Shown: positions 29,763-40,464, numbered from the stretch's first letter. The stretch is DNA of 64,000 bases from an uncultured Acidobacteriota bacterium (GCA_963723005.1 CAVRPA010000004.1:13053-77052); one strand, 5' to 3'. Notes: generated by a model from the sequence alone, not told the origin. Made by a program: numbers and translations.

Positions 29763-31040
29763 TTAAAGTCTCCCCTCCGGCAGCGACCGAATCTTCAGCT
29801 GCAGCGCCACCACCACGAGCAGGATCGCGGCGAGCGAAATCGCCAGGCCCGTCTTCCTGAACGACAACTCGGCCTCCGCGGCCTTTGCCGCCTCGTCCAC
29901 CCTGGTGGTCAGGCCTACACCTTCCTCCAGGACCTTCGTCACCGCCATTGGCTCGAACGCGTGCATCTCGGTCCGCGCCAGCGTCAGGTGATTGCCTGCC
30001 TCACGCAGCGCCAGCGTCTGCTCGCCCATCTCGAACCCGGCGTTTTCGACCGCCGCGATCTGCTGCTCGGAGTGCGCAATGGCGGCCTTCAGCTGATCGA
30101 TGCCGGTCCGCATGGGCGGCGGCGGCCTTGTATCCGTCGTCGCCTTCGCTGTGACACGTTGGCGCACACGGCCTTGTCGCCCGTGCCGAGCAGGGCATCC
30201 GTGGGCTGGGCGATGTCGTGGTTGCTGTGACACTCCACGCAGCCGCGGTCGAAGATCTGGCTGTGCGTGCTGAGCGCGAACTTCGTGGCGAACACCGTGT
30301 GGCAGGTGCCACAGACGTTGGTCACGGCGCCGACGCCCGGCGGCGCGGCCCCGTGGTTGCCGTGGCAATCGTTGCAGGTGGGCGCCGACAAATCGTTGCG
30401 CGTCACCATGGCTTCGTGGTGCACGCTGCCCTCGTACTTCACCTTCTGATCGGTGGCCAGCGGCGCGCCATCTGCGGGTGTAGCCCTTCATGCGGACTCG
30501 GATCCGCATGGCAGGTCGTGCAGGTGTTGGCCACATTCAATGGGTAGACGGGTGACTGCACATCGCTCACCAGCCGGACGCCGTGAGCGCCGTGGCAGCT
30601 GACGCACGTCGCCACGTTGTGGTCGCCCTTGGCCAGCTGCTGACCGTGCACGCTGCTGGCGTACTCCGTCGCCTGATCGACGCGTTGCTTCGGCGTGTAC
30701 TTGCGCATCAGCGCTGCGTCGCTATGGCAGCGCGCGCATACCTCGACGATCTGCGTGCCGGCCGGCTTGCCGCGGAACTTCGTGGCGGGCGCCTTGGCGG
30801 CAGCCTTGTCGGTGGCGCTGGCATCACCGCCGTGGCAGTCCACGCAGCTGAAGCCGCGGTCGCGATGCACGTCCGTGCCGGCAAAGCTGCGCGCTGGTGC
30901 CGACAGGTGCGTGGCAGTCTGATCGCGGTGACAGTTCTCACAGCCCGAAACCGGCGCGGGCTGCGCGTGGCTCGGGCCTGCAGCTCGCGACGAGCGTGGC
31001 GGCAGCGAGCAAGGAACACGCGGACAATGAATGAGCGCAT
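29763..31040 (-). pseudogene. membrane-anchored multihaem cytochrome c (nine CxxCH sites), frame-disrupted (about 6 breaks)
   Basis: Joined minus-strand segments give [10 protein letters not shown]... signal, then CENCH, CVDCH, CARCH, CVSCH, CTTCH, CNDCH, CGTCH, CVECH and CAN(+1 nt)CH. The C-terminus has a helical region and TM anchor (GLAISLAAILLVVVAL). Breaks lie near 31005, 30945, 30497, 30478, 30150 and 30110. Confidence 0.75.
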
Positions 31041-31056
31041 GGCGGCACCAGTCCGA

Positions 31057-32138
31057 TCAGGCGGCAAGATAGCCATAGATGGTGAACACGAACATGTAGG
31101 CCAGTGCCACGATGCCGCCAATGGTGACGAGCTTGCTGGAGCGGCCCGCCGCGGCGCCGCGGTCCAGGAACGGCAGCAGCAGCAGCACCACGCGCGCACA
31201 GCCCGAATCCGAGCACGCCGAGCACTTCGCCTTCGATGCCCATGATGTGCGCCGGCAGCAGCTTCAGCACCTGGAACATCGCCAGGAAATACCACTCGGG
31301 CCGGATGCCCGCGGGCACCGGCGTGAAGGCGTCCGCCTTGGTGCCGAGCTCCCACGGCGAGAACAACGCGAGGGCCGCAAGCACCGCCAGCGCCACGTAC
31401 CACCACATCACGTCGTGCAGGACGTAGTGCGGGAAGAACGGCATCTGCGGTGTCTTCTCGCCGGCCTTCTCGCGCCGCTCGACGCTCGGCGGCACGCTCA
31501 TGCCTTGCCGCTGGATGAACAACAGGTGCGATCCCAGCAGCACCGTGGTGATTGCCGGGAGGATCGCGACGTGAATGCCGTAGAAGCGCGTGAGCGTCGC
31601 GCCGGTCACCTCGTCGCCGCCGCGGAGGAAGCGCACCATGAAGTCGCCCACCACCGGCACCGCGCCGGAGATGCCGGTGCCGACCTTCGTGGCGAAGAAC
31701 GCCAGCTCGTTCCACGGCAGCAGGTAGCCGCTGAAGCCGAAGCCCATCATGACGAAGAGCAACAGCACGCCCGTCACCCACGTCAGCTCGCGCGGCTTGC
31801 GATAAGACGCGCAGGAACAGCGTGCTGAAGAGATGCACGAACGCCATCAGGATCAGCAGGTTTGCCGACCAGCTGTGAAGGTTGCGGATCAGCCACCCGA
31901 ACTCCACCTGCGTGACGATGAACTTGACGCTCTCGAAAGCTTCGCCGGCGCTGGGCCGGTAGTAGAGCAGCAGCAGGATTCCGGTGGCCACCTGGACGCC
32001 GACCAGGAACAGCGTGATGCCGCCCATGTAGTACCAGACTTTGTGCCGGTGCACGGGCACGCTCTTCTCGGCCACGAAGTGGCGCAGCGAGCTCAGATCG
32101 AGCCGCTCGTCCAGCCACGCGAACAGTTGCTGTGTCAC
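31057..32138 (-). pseudogene. cytochrome b (fused b6/subunit-IV type) of a bc complex, frame-disrupted (2 breaks)
   Basis: [13 protein letters not shown]..., [20 protein letters not shown] (haem His), [30 protein letters not shown] and a tail ...[11 protein letters not shown]-stop. Segments lie in ORFs 30708..32771 and 30938..31777, plus a third frame. Breaks lie near 31790 and 31195. Confidence 0.85.
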
Positions 32139-32161
32139 GGGTCTGTCCTTTGCGTGATGGG

Positions 32162-32632
32162 TCAGGTCCGGGAGATGACCACTTCTTCCTGCCCGGGCTC
32201 CCCACGCAGGTTCACCGCAAACGCTTCGAGCGGCCGCGGCGGCGGGCCGGAGATCACCTGTCCCGAGAGGTCGTACATCCCGTTGTGGCACGCACACCAG
32301 ATCTGCGAGGTGTCGGTCTTGTACTGCACGGTGCAGTCGAGGTGCGAGCAGACGGCGGAGAAGGCGCGGAACTGCCCGTCCGAGGTGCGGATCAGAATCG
32401 CCGGCTTGCTGCCGAACTTCAGCACCACGCCGGAATTGTTCTTGAACTCCGCGATCTTGCCGGCGATCACGCTGTCGGTCGCCGGTTCGGCAGCGATCGG
32501 GGGAATCGCATACCGGAACAGGGGATAGAGGAACGACAGCGCGGTGGAGACGAAGCCCACGCCAAGAACGATGTCGATGAAGCTGCGTCGTTTGATGGCG
32601 CCGGGCGCCGTGGCCCTGTGGTGAGCCGACAT
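32162..32632 (-). CDS. Rieske 2Fe-2S subunit of the bc complex
   Basis: [24 protein letters not shown] Tat-like/TM N-terminus and cluster boxes CSHLDC and CACHNG. ATG at 32632 lies in the frame of ORF 32162..33358. Confidence 0.85.
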   Translation of the reverse strand: MSAHHRATAPGAIKRRSFIDIVLGVGFVSTALSFLYPLFRYAIPPIAAEPATDSVIAGKIAEFKNNSGVVLKFGSKPAILIRTSDGQFRAFSAVCSHLDCTVQYKTDTSQIWCACHNGMYDLSGQVISGPPPRPLEAFAVNLRGEPGQEEVVISRT

Positions 32633-32770
32633 ACCGGTATCCCCGTGCGGCAGAACGGATTGGTTTGGGGACCGGAGACGAGGGCGGGCCGCAAGACCGC
32701 CACTGCGGAGTATACGGCGAATAGTTGCGCTGCGCGCAAGCGGCGGATGTAGAATCCGCCTGCGGTCGCA

Positions 32771-34506
32771 TTGGTCCCCTGCGCCGCGGAGGGTATCCGC
32801 GTGCAGCAGCCTCCTGCCGTTCCTCTCGAGGACCAGCTCCAGCGCCTCACCGATCGCCTGGCGACGGTCGAATCGCGCCTGACCTCGCTCGAAAGCCGCT
32901 CGCTGGCGGCTCCGCCCCTCGCTCCCAGAAGCGCCGAAGCCGACGCGCCGTTCGCGATTGTCGCGATCGACAACGTCGACGCCCTGGGGCTGACCACCGC
33001 GCTCGGGCGATCGCTCATCATCCTGGGCGGCGCGTTCCTGCTGCGCGCCGTCACCGACGCCGGCACGTGGCCGCCGCTGGCCGGCGTGTCGATCGGGCTG
33101 CTCTACGCGCTGGCATGGCTGGTCACGTCGGACCGCGCGGCGCGCGCGTAGCGATCGCGTCCGGGCCATTTCCGACGGCGCCGCGGCGCTGATCATCGGT
33201 TTCCCGCTGATCGTGGAGGCGACCCTCCGCTTCCGGCTGCTGAGCCCGGAGGTCAGTGCCATGCTCCTCACGCTGTTTGCGGCGGTGTCGCTGGCCGCGG
33301 CGTTCCGGATGCAGGTGCAGGGCCTGGCCTGGCTGGCGGCGGTGGGCGGCATGCTCACGGCGCTGACGTTGATCCTGCGCGTGGGCGAGTGGGCGCCCTA
33401 CGCACTGTTTCTCATCGCGCTCGGCGTCGGCACGCTGTGGCTGGGTTACATCCGCGAATGGCGCGGCCTGCGCTGGCCCGCGGGAATCCTCGCGGTGATG
33501 GGCACGCTCGGCGTCACCTCGCGCGCGCTGGCGGTGCCGCCGGTCGATGCGGCGCTCACCGCGTGGATGGTGCAGGGCACGCTGGTCGTCGGCTACCTGG
33601 CGTCCATCGCCATCCGCACGCTGGTGCGCGGCCGTCAGGTGATCGTCTTCGAAGTGGTGCAGACGCCGCTGGTGCTGATCGTCGGTGTCGGCGGCGCGCT
33701 CGCGGTGAGCCAGAGCGTCGGGTCGGGCGGGTTGCTGCTGGGCGGCACGCTGATCGTGCTGGGGATTGCGACCTACCTCGTCTCGTTCCAGTTCCTGCCG
33801 CGCGAGTCGCGCGGGGCGCTCAACTTCTACTTCTACAGCTCGCTGGCGCTCGTCTTCGTGGTGATTGGCCTCCGCACCGCGCTCTCCGGCGCGCCCCAGG
33901 CCGTGGCGCTCACCGCATTCGCCGCCCTGCTGGCCGTGGCCTGGTCACGCTCTGGCCGCGTGTCGCTGGGAGGCCACGCGGCGCTCGCGCTGGTGGCAGC
34001 CGCGATCTCCGGCGGCCTGCTCCGGCTCGACGAATCGGCCTTCGCGGGCGAACTTCCGAGCGTGCAGCTACTGTGGCCGGCGCTCGCCACGCTGGCCGTC
34101 GCGCTGGTCATCGAGAGTAGCGCCGCTGCCGCGACCCGAAGGGCGCGAGTGGCCTGGGCGGATGTCCCGACGCTGGTGATCGCGGCGCTAGGCCTTGCGG
34201 GCCTCGCCGCGCTGGTGACCATCGGGCTGGGGCGTGCCTTCGGGCTGGACGCCGACCCAGGGCAGCTGGGCACGCTTCGCACCGCGGTGCTGTCGGCGCT
34301 GGCGGTGGGCTGTGCGCTACTGAATCGCCCCGGCCGCTTCTCGGCGGTGGGCAAGCTGGCCTACCCGCTGCTGGCGCTCATCGGGTTGAAGCTCGCAGTG
34401 GTGGATCTCCAGGTACTCCACCCCCGCGATGTTGTTCGTGGCGCTCGCCTGCTACGGAACGGCGCTCGTCCTCGGACCGCGACTGCGACGGGGAACCAGT
34501 TGGTGA
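32771..34506 (+). CDS. polytopic membrane protein (DUF2339-like), two frame breaks
   Basis: N-terminal coiled segment ([23 protein letters not shown]) followed by more than 12 hydrophobic helices. ORFs 32771..33151 and 33213..35396 join near 33150. A shift near 34415 gives the tail ...[29 protein letters not shown]-stop. The family call is tentative. Confidence 0.55.
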
Positions 34507-34525
34507 GTTCAAAGCTCACGAATCG

Positions 34526-34602
34526 CCTTGAACCTCGAACTGTTGAACTGTCGCCGGCCGGTTGCCTCGTGCCGGACACCGGACACCGGGTACCGGCCCG
34601 GC
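34526..34602. repeat. short 7-nt arrays (GAACTNT x3; CCGGACA x3-4)
   Basis: ccttgaacctcgaactgttgaactg and gccggacaccggacaccgggtaccggcccggc, between convergent genes. Confidence 0.8.
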
Positions 34603-34616
34603 TGACCGATTTCCGC

Positions 34617-35327
34617 CTATTTCTTTATCGACGCATCCCCGCTGAACGTCTTCACCCGGAAGCTGGCGCTGCCGCCGCCGTTCAGATCGCCGCGGAAGTT
34701 GCGCTTGCTGCTGGACTGCAGCGTCACCGGCAGGTCGCTGTCGAAGCGGCCGCTGAAGCTGTCGAAGTTGAGGGAGCCGCGCGCGTTGTCGGGCAGGCGC
34801 AGCCGCACGTCGCCGCTGAAGCTGTCGATGTCCAGCCCGTCGCTCTCGTTCCAGGCGCCGGTGCTGAGCCCGATGTTGCCGCTGAACGTCTTCAGCCGAT
34901 GCGCGCCCTGCACGTTCTCCACCTCGATCGGCGCGCTGAACGAGTTCACGTCCAGCCGCATCGCCGACGGCACCTGGATGTCGAAGTCGGTCTCGACGAC
35001 GTTGTCGTTGTCGCGTTCTACTCTCTGGTGGTTGGCCTGAATCTCGATGTCGTTGCCGTTCTGCGACACCTCGAGCGTGATGTCGCGCAGCCGGTCGGCC
35101 CGAGCCCGCCGCACGGCGTGGATCACGACCTGATTGCCGCCGGTGCCGCGGATATTGACGCGACCGGAGAAGGTCCGCAGGCGGAGCGTGCCGCCGGGCT
35201 GGACCGAAAGGGTGCGGTCGAAGGTTTCTTCCTGCTTCGACTGGGCGCCGGCAGGGACGGCCGTAGTGACGAGCGCCGCGATGAACAGGGGAAGGGTGCA
35301 GCGAATCGAGCGGGCAAAGCGGGTCAT
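34617..35327 (-). CDS. DUF4097-like beta-helical protein (putative adhesin), secreted
   Basis: MTRFARSIRCTLPLFIAALVTTAVPAGAQS signal. Repeated ..FSG.V.L.. strands (TFSGRVNIRG, SFSGDVRLRL, TFSGDASIKK). Confidence 0.65.
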   Translation of the reverse strand: MTRFARSIRCTLPLFIAALVTTAVPAGAQSKQEETFDRTLSVQPGGTLRLRTFSGRVNIRGTGGNQVVIHAVRRARADRLRDITLEVSQNGNDIEIQANHQRVERDNDNVVETDFDIQVPSAMRLDVNSFSAPIEVENVQGAHRLKTFSGNIGLSTGAWNESDGLDIDSFSGDVRLRLPDNARGSLNFDSFSGRFDSDLPVTLQSSSKRNFRGDLNGGGSASFRVKTFSGDASIKK

Positions 35328-35451
35328 GGTCACCTCGTGAGCGCGGCCGCGGAATCGGTGCGGCCGTGCGCCTGCGAGGAGATAGACGGAGAATAGGGTC
35401 ACAGGGTTTATTCGCCTGAGCCGGATCCCTTCTTTCAGAGTCCTAATATTC

Positions 35452-36342
35452 ATGCGCCTCGTCGTCCGTCCCCGATTTGCCCCGTTGGTGCTCGTCAGCC
35501 TGATGTGGGGCATTGCCACCCCGCTGTCCAGCCAGGAACGCCCCCTTCCGGACCAGCAGGCTTTCATGGCCGAGGCACGAAAACGCCTCCAGCCGGACGA
35601 GATGCGCCAGAGCGGCTACGTCTACAAGGAGACGCGCCGCGAGCTGAAGCTGGACTCCAGCGGCAAGACCACGAAGGAAGAGGTCAGCATCTTCGAGAGC
35701 TACCCGGCGTTGCCCAACGAATTCCGCTGGCAACGCCAGATCCAGAAGAACGGCGTGCCCGTCTCCCAGGCGGAGCTCGACAAGCAGGATCGCGAGCGCC
35801 AGAAGAAGGTGATGGCCTACGTCAAGAAACGCGAGGAGAACCCCGCGAAGGCTGCCGCGGAGCAGGCGAAGAAGGCCGCGGACGAGCGCCGCGAGGTGGA
35901 GCAGGGTATCAACGACGCGCTGATCGTTTACGACTTCAAGATGCTGGGCCGCGAGGCGCTCGGCGGGCACGACACCATCGTCTTTTCGTTCACGCCGAAG
36001 AAGAACGCCAAGCCCCGTACCCGCGACGGCAAGATCATGCAGAAGTTCGCGGGCAAGGCCTGGGTCAGCGAGTCGGAGTACGAACTGGTGCGCCTCGAGG
36101 CCGAGGCCCAGGAGACGGTGTCGTTCGGGCTGGGGCTCCTGGCCCGTGTGCACAAGGGGTCGAAGGCGTCCTTCGAGCGGCGCAAGGTGAACGGCGAGGA
36201 GTGGCTGCCGGCGTCCGCCACCTACCAGGGCAGCGCGCGCGTGGCGTTGGTGAAGGTGCTTCGCCTGGGCGGCATCTCGGAGTATTCGGATTACCGGAAG
36301 TTCGGCGTGGCCACCGAGACAACGGTGAAGACGCCGAAGTAG
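35452..36342 (+). CDS. hypothetical secreted protein
   Basis: 296-aa intact ORF with a signal peptide and a charged Lys/Glu-rich middle region. No family recognised. Confidence 0.55.
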   Translation: MRLVVRPRFAPLVLVSLMWGIATPLSSQERPLPDQQAFMAEARKRLQPDEMRQSGYVYKETRRELKLDSSGKTTKEEVSIFESYPALPNEFRWQRQIQKNGVPVSQAELDKQDRERQKKVMAYVKKREENPAKAAAEQAKKAADERREVEQGINDALIVYDFKMLGREALGGHDTIVFSFTPKKNAKPRTRDGKIMQKFAGKAWVSESEYELVRLEAEAQETVSFGLGLLARVHKGSKASFERRKVNGEEWLPASATYQGSARVALVKVLRLGGISEYSDYRKFGVATETTVKTPK

Positions 36343-36351
36343 GAGTCGAGG

Positions 36352-36840
36352 ATGGCGTTCGAACGTGCCTGGCCTGGCGGTCGATTCAGCGGGTTGGCGT
36401 TGGGACTGGCGCTTTCTGTGGCGGTGAGCTCGGCGTCGTTCGCGAGCCCGCGCCCGGGCGAGCCGGATCCTCCGGTCATCGCGGCCCCGGCCGTCGCGCC
36501 GCTCTATCAGCTTCGCATCTATGAGATCTTCGAGCACAACAAGGCGGCGTTCCATGCGCGCTTCCGCGACCACGCGGTGCGCATCATGGGTAAGTACGGA
36601 TTTCACATCCGCTCGATGTGGGAAGCGAAAACGGCCGCGCGCACGGAGTTCGTCTACCTGCTGGAATGGCCCAGCGAGGCGGTGATGAAGGAACGATGGG
36701 CGAAGTTCATGGCCGACGAGGAATGGGCACGGATCAAGAAGGAGACGCTTGCCGCTCATGGTTCGCTGGTGGGCGAGATCCAGGAGCGGGTGCTGCATAC
36801 GTTGGACTACTCGCCGAAGCTGCCGCCGGGTGAATGGTGA
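36352..36840 (+). CDS. NIPSNAP family protein with signal peptide
   Basis: LYQLRIYEIFEHNKAAFHARFRDHAVRIMGKYGF...EFVYLLEWPSEAVMKERWAKFMADEEW matches the NIPSNAP ferredoxin-like pattern. Confidence 0.7.
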   Translation: MAFERAWPGGRFSGLALGLALSVAVSSASFASPRPGEPDPPVIAAPAVAPLYQLRIYEIFEHNKAAFHARFRDHAVRIMGKYGFHIRSMWEAKTAARTEFVYLLEWPSEAVMKERWAKFMADEEWARIKKETLAAHGSLVGEIQERVLHTLDYSPKLPPGEW

Positions 36841-37906
36841 GGGCGGCGAAACTTCGCGCCGGCGCTTTCGCGCTCGGCCTCCTGGTCAGCCTTCCCTCGC
36901 TGGCCGCCGCGCAGCTGGATTGCCAGGTGCCCACCCGCGAGCGTGTGTCCACGGGCACTCTCAACAGCCCGGCGCTCGCTCCCATCCGCAAGATCGCCCT
37001 TGCCGTCGAGGCCATCGTCAAGAAGAACACGGTGTTCATGGCCGGCATGCGGCCCATCCGCATGCGCACGACCATCGACTACGCGCTGGATCAGCCGCGC
37101 ACGGCGATCGTCAACGTCAAGGCTTACAACAAGGAAGCGTGGCTAGCGGGGAAGTGCGACGTCATTCCCGAGGCCGATCGCGGCGGCGGCGTCTCCGACG
37201 GCGCCATCCACATCGTCATCAACGATCCGCGCACGTTCTTCGGCGGCAGCCTCGGCGATGCGGGGATGGAGGCGTACGAGGAGCCGGCGCGCACTGGCGA
37301 GGTGGCCGGCTTTCCGGAGTACGGCGGGATGTACGTCCTGATGAGCGAGGGGGCCGCGTGCCGTGGATTCCGGTGACCATTGCGCAGGCGCTGGATCACG
37401 AGGCGCGACGGCTGCGCGCGCGCCAGGACGAGTGGGCCAGGCAGAAGGAACGGCCCTGGCTGAGCGAGGCGAAGATCCAGGAGTCGTATGAGCTGCTGAA
37501 GAAGATCAACCCTGCGGCGGCCGACCAGCAGCGCGCCGCGATGATCGCGGTGTTGCAGGAAGAGAAGGTGCGACGGCCGAAGCTGGAAGCCGAGGGCGAT
37601 GCGGCGCTGGCGAAGGAAGCGGCGGAGCTTGCCGCGTATCGCGCGTCGTTTTCGGCGCAGCAGCTGCAGGGTCAGGCCAGTCCCGGCGCGATGCGGCCTG
37701 GCGGCGGCGTGCGCGTGGACGATCCGAAAGGGCGGAAGATGGTCACCGTCGATCCGGCGTTCGCGAAGCTGCCCGCGGATCGCGCGCACCTGATGCGCGT
37801 GTTCCGTGGCGGCGTGGCTCAGGATCCGGTGCCGGGCCGCTACGCGTGGCAGCGACAATCGAACGACGCGCTCGACTATGCGGCGCTGGCTGCTCTCCTG
37901 AAGTAG
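36834..37906 (+). CDS. hypothetical secreted protein, one frame break near 37355
   Basis: ORF 36834..37376 (signal peptide MVRAAKLRAGAFALGLLVSLPSLAAAQ) continues in the frame of ORF 36749..37906 (…VPWIPVTIAQALDHEARRL…ALLK-stop). The start overlaps the upstream stop. Confidence 0.5.
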
Positions 37907-37937
37907 GGCCGCTGCAGAATGTGCCAGCGGCCGCCTT

Positions 37938-38023
37938 AGGGCTTGGGTCTTGGGTCTTGAGGCTTGGGGCCTGAGTTTCGGAGGCGGGAGCCGGGAGTCG
38001 GGATTCGGAAGTCGCGAGAGTCG
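37938..38023. repeat. composite 7-nt arrays (GGGTCTT family, then TCGGGAG family)
   Basis: agggcttgggtcttgggtcttgaggcttggggcctgag, then tcggaggcgggagccgggagtcgggattcggaagtcgcgagagtcg. It ends at the stop of the thioesterase gene. Confidence 0.9.
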
Positions 38024-38476
38024 TCAGCGGGCGAATGGGCGCTCGTCGAGGACCGCCAGCGTCGATACGAGCTTCGCAATCAACTCGCGACCGGTCTCCG
38101 ACACGGCAAAGACTTCGGACTCGGCAACCGCCACCGAGCGGCCCGCCCGCAGCGTTCGACCGCGGGCTTCGAGCCGGCCTGAGCGGCCGGGTAGCAGGAA
38201 GTTGATCTTCAGTTCCAAGGTCAGTACGTCGTTGCCGGGCGGCAGCGCGGCGCGGGCGGCACCGCCGGCGGTGTGGTCCGCCAAGGTGGTTACAACGCCG
38301 GCGTGGACGTAGCCATGCTGCTGACGGTGGGCGTCGGTGATGGTGAGCGACGTCTCACACCAGTCTGGGCCGACGCCGTCGAGCGTGATGCCAAGAGTGG
38401 AGAGAAAGCCCGCGGAATGGAAGATGGCGGCCACGCGGGCGTGGCGGGCTTCGTCGGTCTCGGGCACGGTACTCAT
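38024..38476 (-). CDS. PaaI-family hotdog-fold thioesterase
   Basis: 150-aa ORF. HGYVHAGVVTTLADHTAGGAA and LELKINFL motifs are typical of PaaI/YdiI-type thioesterases. Confidence 0.8.
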   Translation of the reverse strand: MSTVPETDEARHARVAAIFHSAGFLSTLGITLDGVGPDWCETSLTITDAHRQQHGYVHAGVVTTLADHTAGGAARAALPPGNDVLTLELKINFLLPGRSGRLEARGRTLRAGRSVAVAESEVFAVSETGRELIAKLVSTLAVLDERPFAR

Positions 38477-38501
38477 GGCGAATTGATCTTAGCGCGGGCG
38501 A

Positions 38502-38616
38502 CCTAAGCCCCAAGACTCAAGACTCAAGACGACTCTGGCCTGCCGTCTGCCGTCTGCCGACTCCCGTCTCCCTGCCCAAGCCCCAAGCCCCAAGCCCCAA
38601 GCCCCAAGACCAAGTC
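38502..38616. repeat. composite 7-nt arrays (CTCAAGA, TGCCGTC, GCCCCAA blocks)
   Basis: cctaagccccaagactcaagactcaagac ... tgccgtctgccgtctgccgactcccgtctccc ... tgcccaagccccaagccccaagccccaagccccaagaccaagtc, in a divergent gap. Confidence 0.9.
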
Positions 38617-38673
38617 TCTGTGCAACTCCCTGCTTGACCTCGGCGCCGCGACCGATACATTAGGCAGAACCCC

Positions 38674-40116
38674 TTGGATCCGCGCCGTTCGTTCACGCAG
38701 TGGCTGGTGATTGCACTCATTGGCGTCGCCCACGGTCTTACCGTTGCGGCTGAGCCGGCGAGTCGAGTCGACGCGCGCCTGCAGGCGGATCTCGCGGTCG
38801 TCAAGGAGTTCAGGCCCGCCTATCCGTTCTGGCAGCACATCTTCACCATCTCCGACGGCCGCATCGCCTTTGGCAGCGCGCAGGACGGGCGGCTGGTGGT
38901 CACGTTCCCGACAAAGGGCGGCAACTGGCTGAAAGATGGCCTGTGGGTGGACCCGGCCATGTCGGCCACGCTTGGCGCCCGGCCGTTTCCCGTGCGCCTG
39001 GACGACCGGCGCGACGAAGTGGTGCGCCGGCTCGCGCCCACCGTCGGGCCCTTGCTCAGCAACCCGACGCGCGGGTTGTTCCTCCTGCCCAACGTGCCCA
39101 AGTACGGGCCGTTCCTGGGCGAGTGGAGCCTGATTTACGAGCGTTTCGGCGTTCCCGCCGACATCGGCCTGGCGCAGGCGGTCCTCGAGTCGGGCCTGAA
39201 CGGCACCGCCCGCTCGCGCGCCAACGCGCTCGGCCTCTGCCAGTTCCTCCGCCGCAACTGGGACACGCTGAACCGCCTGTCGCCCGAGCACATCGAGGCC
39301 TACAACCAGACGACGCAGGCGCCGTACTGCGCGGCCTACCTGTCGATCCTGGCGACGATGTACGGCAGCTTCATCCCCGCGCTGTCGGAGCACCACTCGG
39401 GCGGCGTGAACGTGGGCCGGACGCTGATCAACGGCGAGCGCCTGGGCGGCGTCACGGTGCAGCAGCAGTACCTGATGGGCTCGAAGTTCGCGCAGGACCT
39501 GCGGAGCATCGCGCTGCAGCGCTACCGCGACCTGTATCGCACCTACGGGATCCGCTCGTTCCGCTACGCGGAGATGGTGTTCGGCAACACCATCACGGTG
39601 CAGCGGATCCGGGACGATGTGCCGCAGGAGCGCATCTTTGCGATGCGCACGCCGCGGTTGATCACGATCGGCGAGATCACCAAGCGCACGAAGCTGACGG
39701 CCACCGAAGTCCAGCGCTTCAACCCGGCGCTGCTGCGCTCGGTGCCGGCGAAAGCCACGCTCTACCTGCCGATGCGCGTGCCGGAGTTCGGCAGCGACGT
39801 CGCGTTCTGGCAGCAGCCGCCCAGTGACGACTACGCCGCCACCCTCGATGAGTTCCTGCAGATCGAATCCGGCGTGCAGCGCTGGCACGACGCGGCGTTC
39901 GAGCCGGTCCTGCAGGGATTCCGGCGCCGTTTCGAAGCCACCAACACTGAAGAGGGCCGGGTGATGGCGACGATGCTGGCCTATGTGATTGGCGACCTGC
40001 GAACCAGCCGGCGCGCCGCGATCCTCGACGACTTCCGCACCAACGGGCACATCCTGTCGCTGTTCAAGCAGGGTGTGAACGAGCTGACGACGGTGATGGG
40101 CGGCGCTCAGCAGTAG
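38674..40116 (+). CDS. lytic transglycosylase (SLT) domain-containing protein
   Basis: Intact 480-aa ORF. SLT catalytic region GLAQAVLESGLNGTARSRANALGLCQFL. Confidence 0.8.
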   Translation: MDPRRSFTQWLVIALIGVAHGLTVAAEPASRVDARLQADLAVVKEFRPAYPFWQHIFTISDGRIAFGSAQDGRLVVTFPTKGGNWLKDGLWVDPAMSATLGARPFPVRLDDRRDEVVRRLAPTVGPLLSNPTRGLFLLPNVPKYGPFLGEWSLIYERFGVPADIGLAQAVLESGLNGTARSRANALGLCQFLRRNWDTLNRLSPEHIEAYNQTTQAPYCAAYLSILATMYGSFIPALSEHHSGGVNVGRTLINGERLGGVTVQQQYLMGSKFAQDLRSIALQRYRDLYRTYGIRSFRYAEMVFGNTITVQRIRDDVPQERIFAMRTPRLITIGEITKRTKLTATEVQRFNPALLRSVPAKATLYLPMRVPEFGSDVAFWQQPPSDDYAATLDEFLQIESGVQRWHDAAFEPVLQGFRRRFEATNTEEGRVMATMLAYVIGDLRTSRRAAILDDFRTNGHILSLFKQGVNELTTVMGGAQQ

Positions 40117-40120
40117 GGTC

Positions 40121-40236
40121 GGCTCTAGGCTCTAGGCTCTAGGCTTCAGGCTCTAGGGTTCTAGGGTTCTGGGTTCTCGGGTTCTCAGGTTCAAGACCCA
40201 AGACCCAAGACCCAAGACCCAAGCCCCAAGCCCCAC
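40121..40236. repeat. composite 7-nt arrays (GGCTCTA, GGGTTCT, CCCAAGA, GCCCCAA blocks)
   Basis: ggctctaggctctaggctctaggcttcaggctctagggttctagggttctgggttctcgggttctcaggttcaagacccaagacccaagacccaagacccaagccccaagcccc, starting 5 nt after the stop at 40116. Confidence 0.95.
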
Positions 40237-40408
40237 GACTGTCTCCCCCTGCCCGATCTGGCGTTTCTGCCGCTTGTTAACAAATCGAACAAATTAGCGC
40301 GCTTCTGTCGGATTGGGCCCTTGACCGCTGAATCACGGCCTGTTTTTGCCGCTATTCAGGTCCATTCCGTCAGAAACGACGCTCAATCTGGCGGAATCAA
40401 AAATCTGC

Positions 40409-40456
40409 TTGACGTATCGAATTCATCTCCTTTAGTTTGTCAACTCGTTAAACAAA
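40409..40456 (+). promoter_or_regulatory. candidate sigma-70-like promoter plus operator upstream of the ROK regulator
   Basis: TTGACG (40409-40414), then 17 nt, then TTAGTT. It is followed by the imperfect palindrome TTTGTCAAC-TCG-TTAAACAAA (40436-40456), 9 nt before the ATG at 40465. A related perfect palindrome TTGTTAACAA lies at 40274-40283. Confidence 0.3.
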
Positions 40457-40464
40457 TAGAACCC

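Noticed and set aside
33213-35396. 727-aa ORF extending the membrane protein to 35396.
   Set aside because: Beyond about 34415 the translation loses its hydrophobic character and runs antisense to the DUF4097 gene. A 1-nt shift gives a short hydrophobic tail and a stop at 34506.
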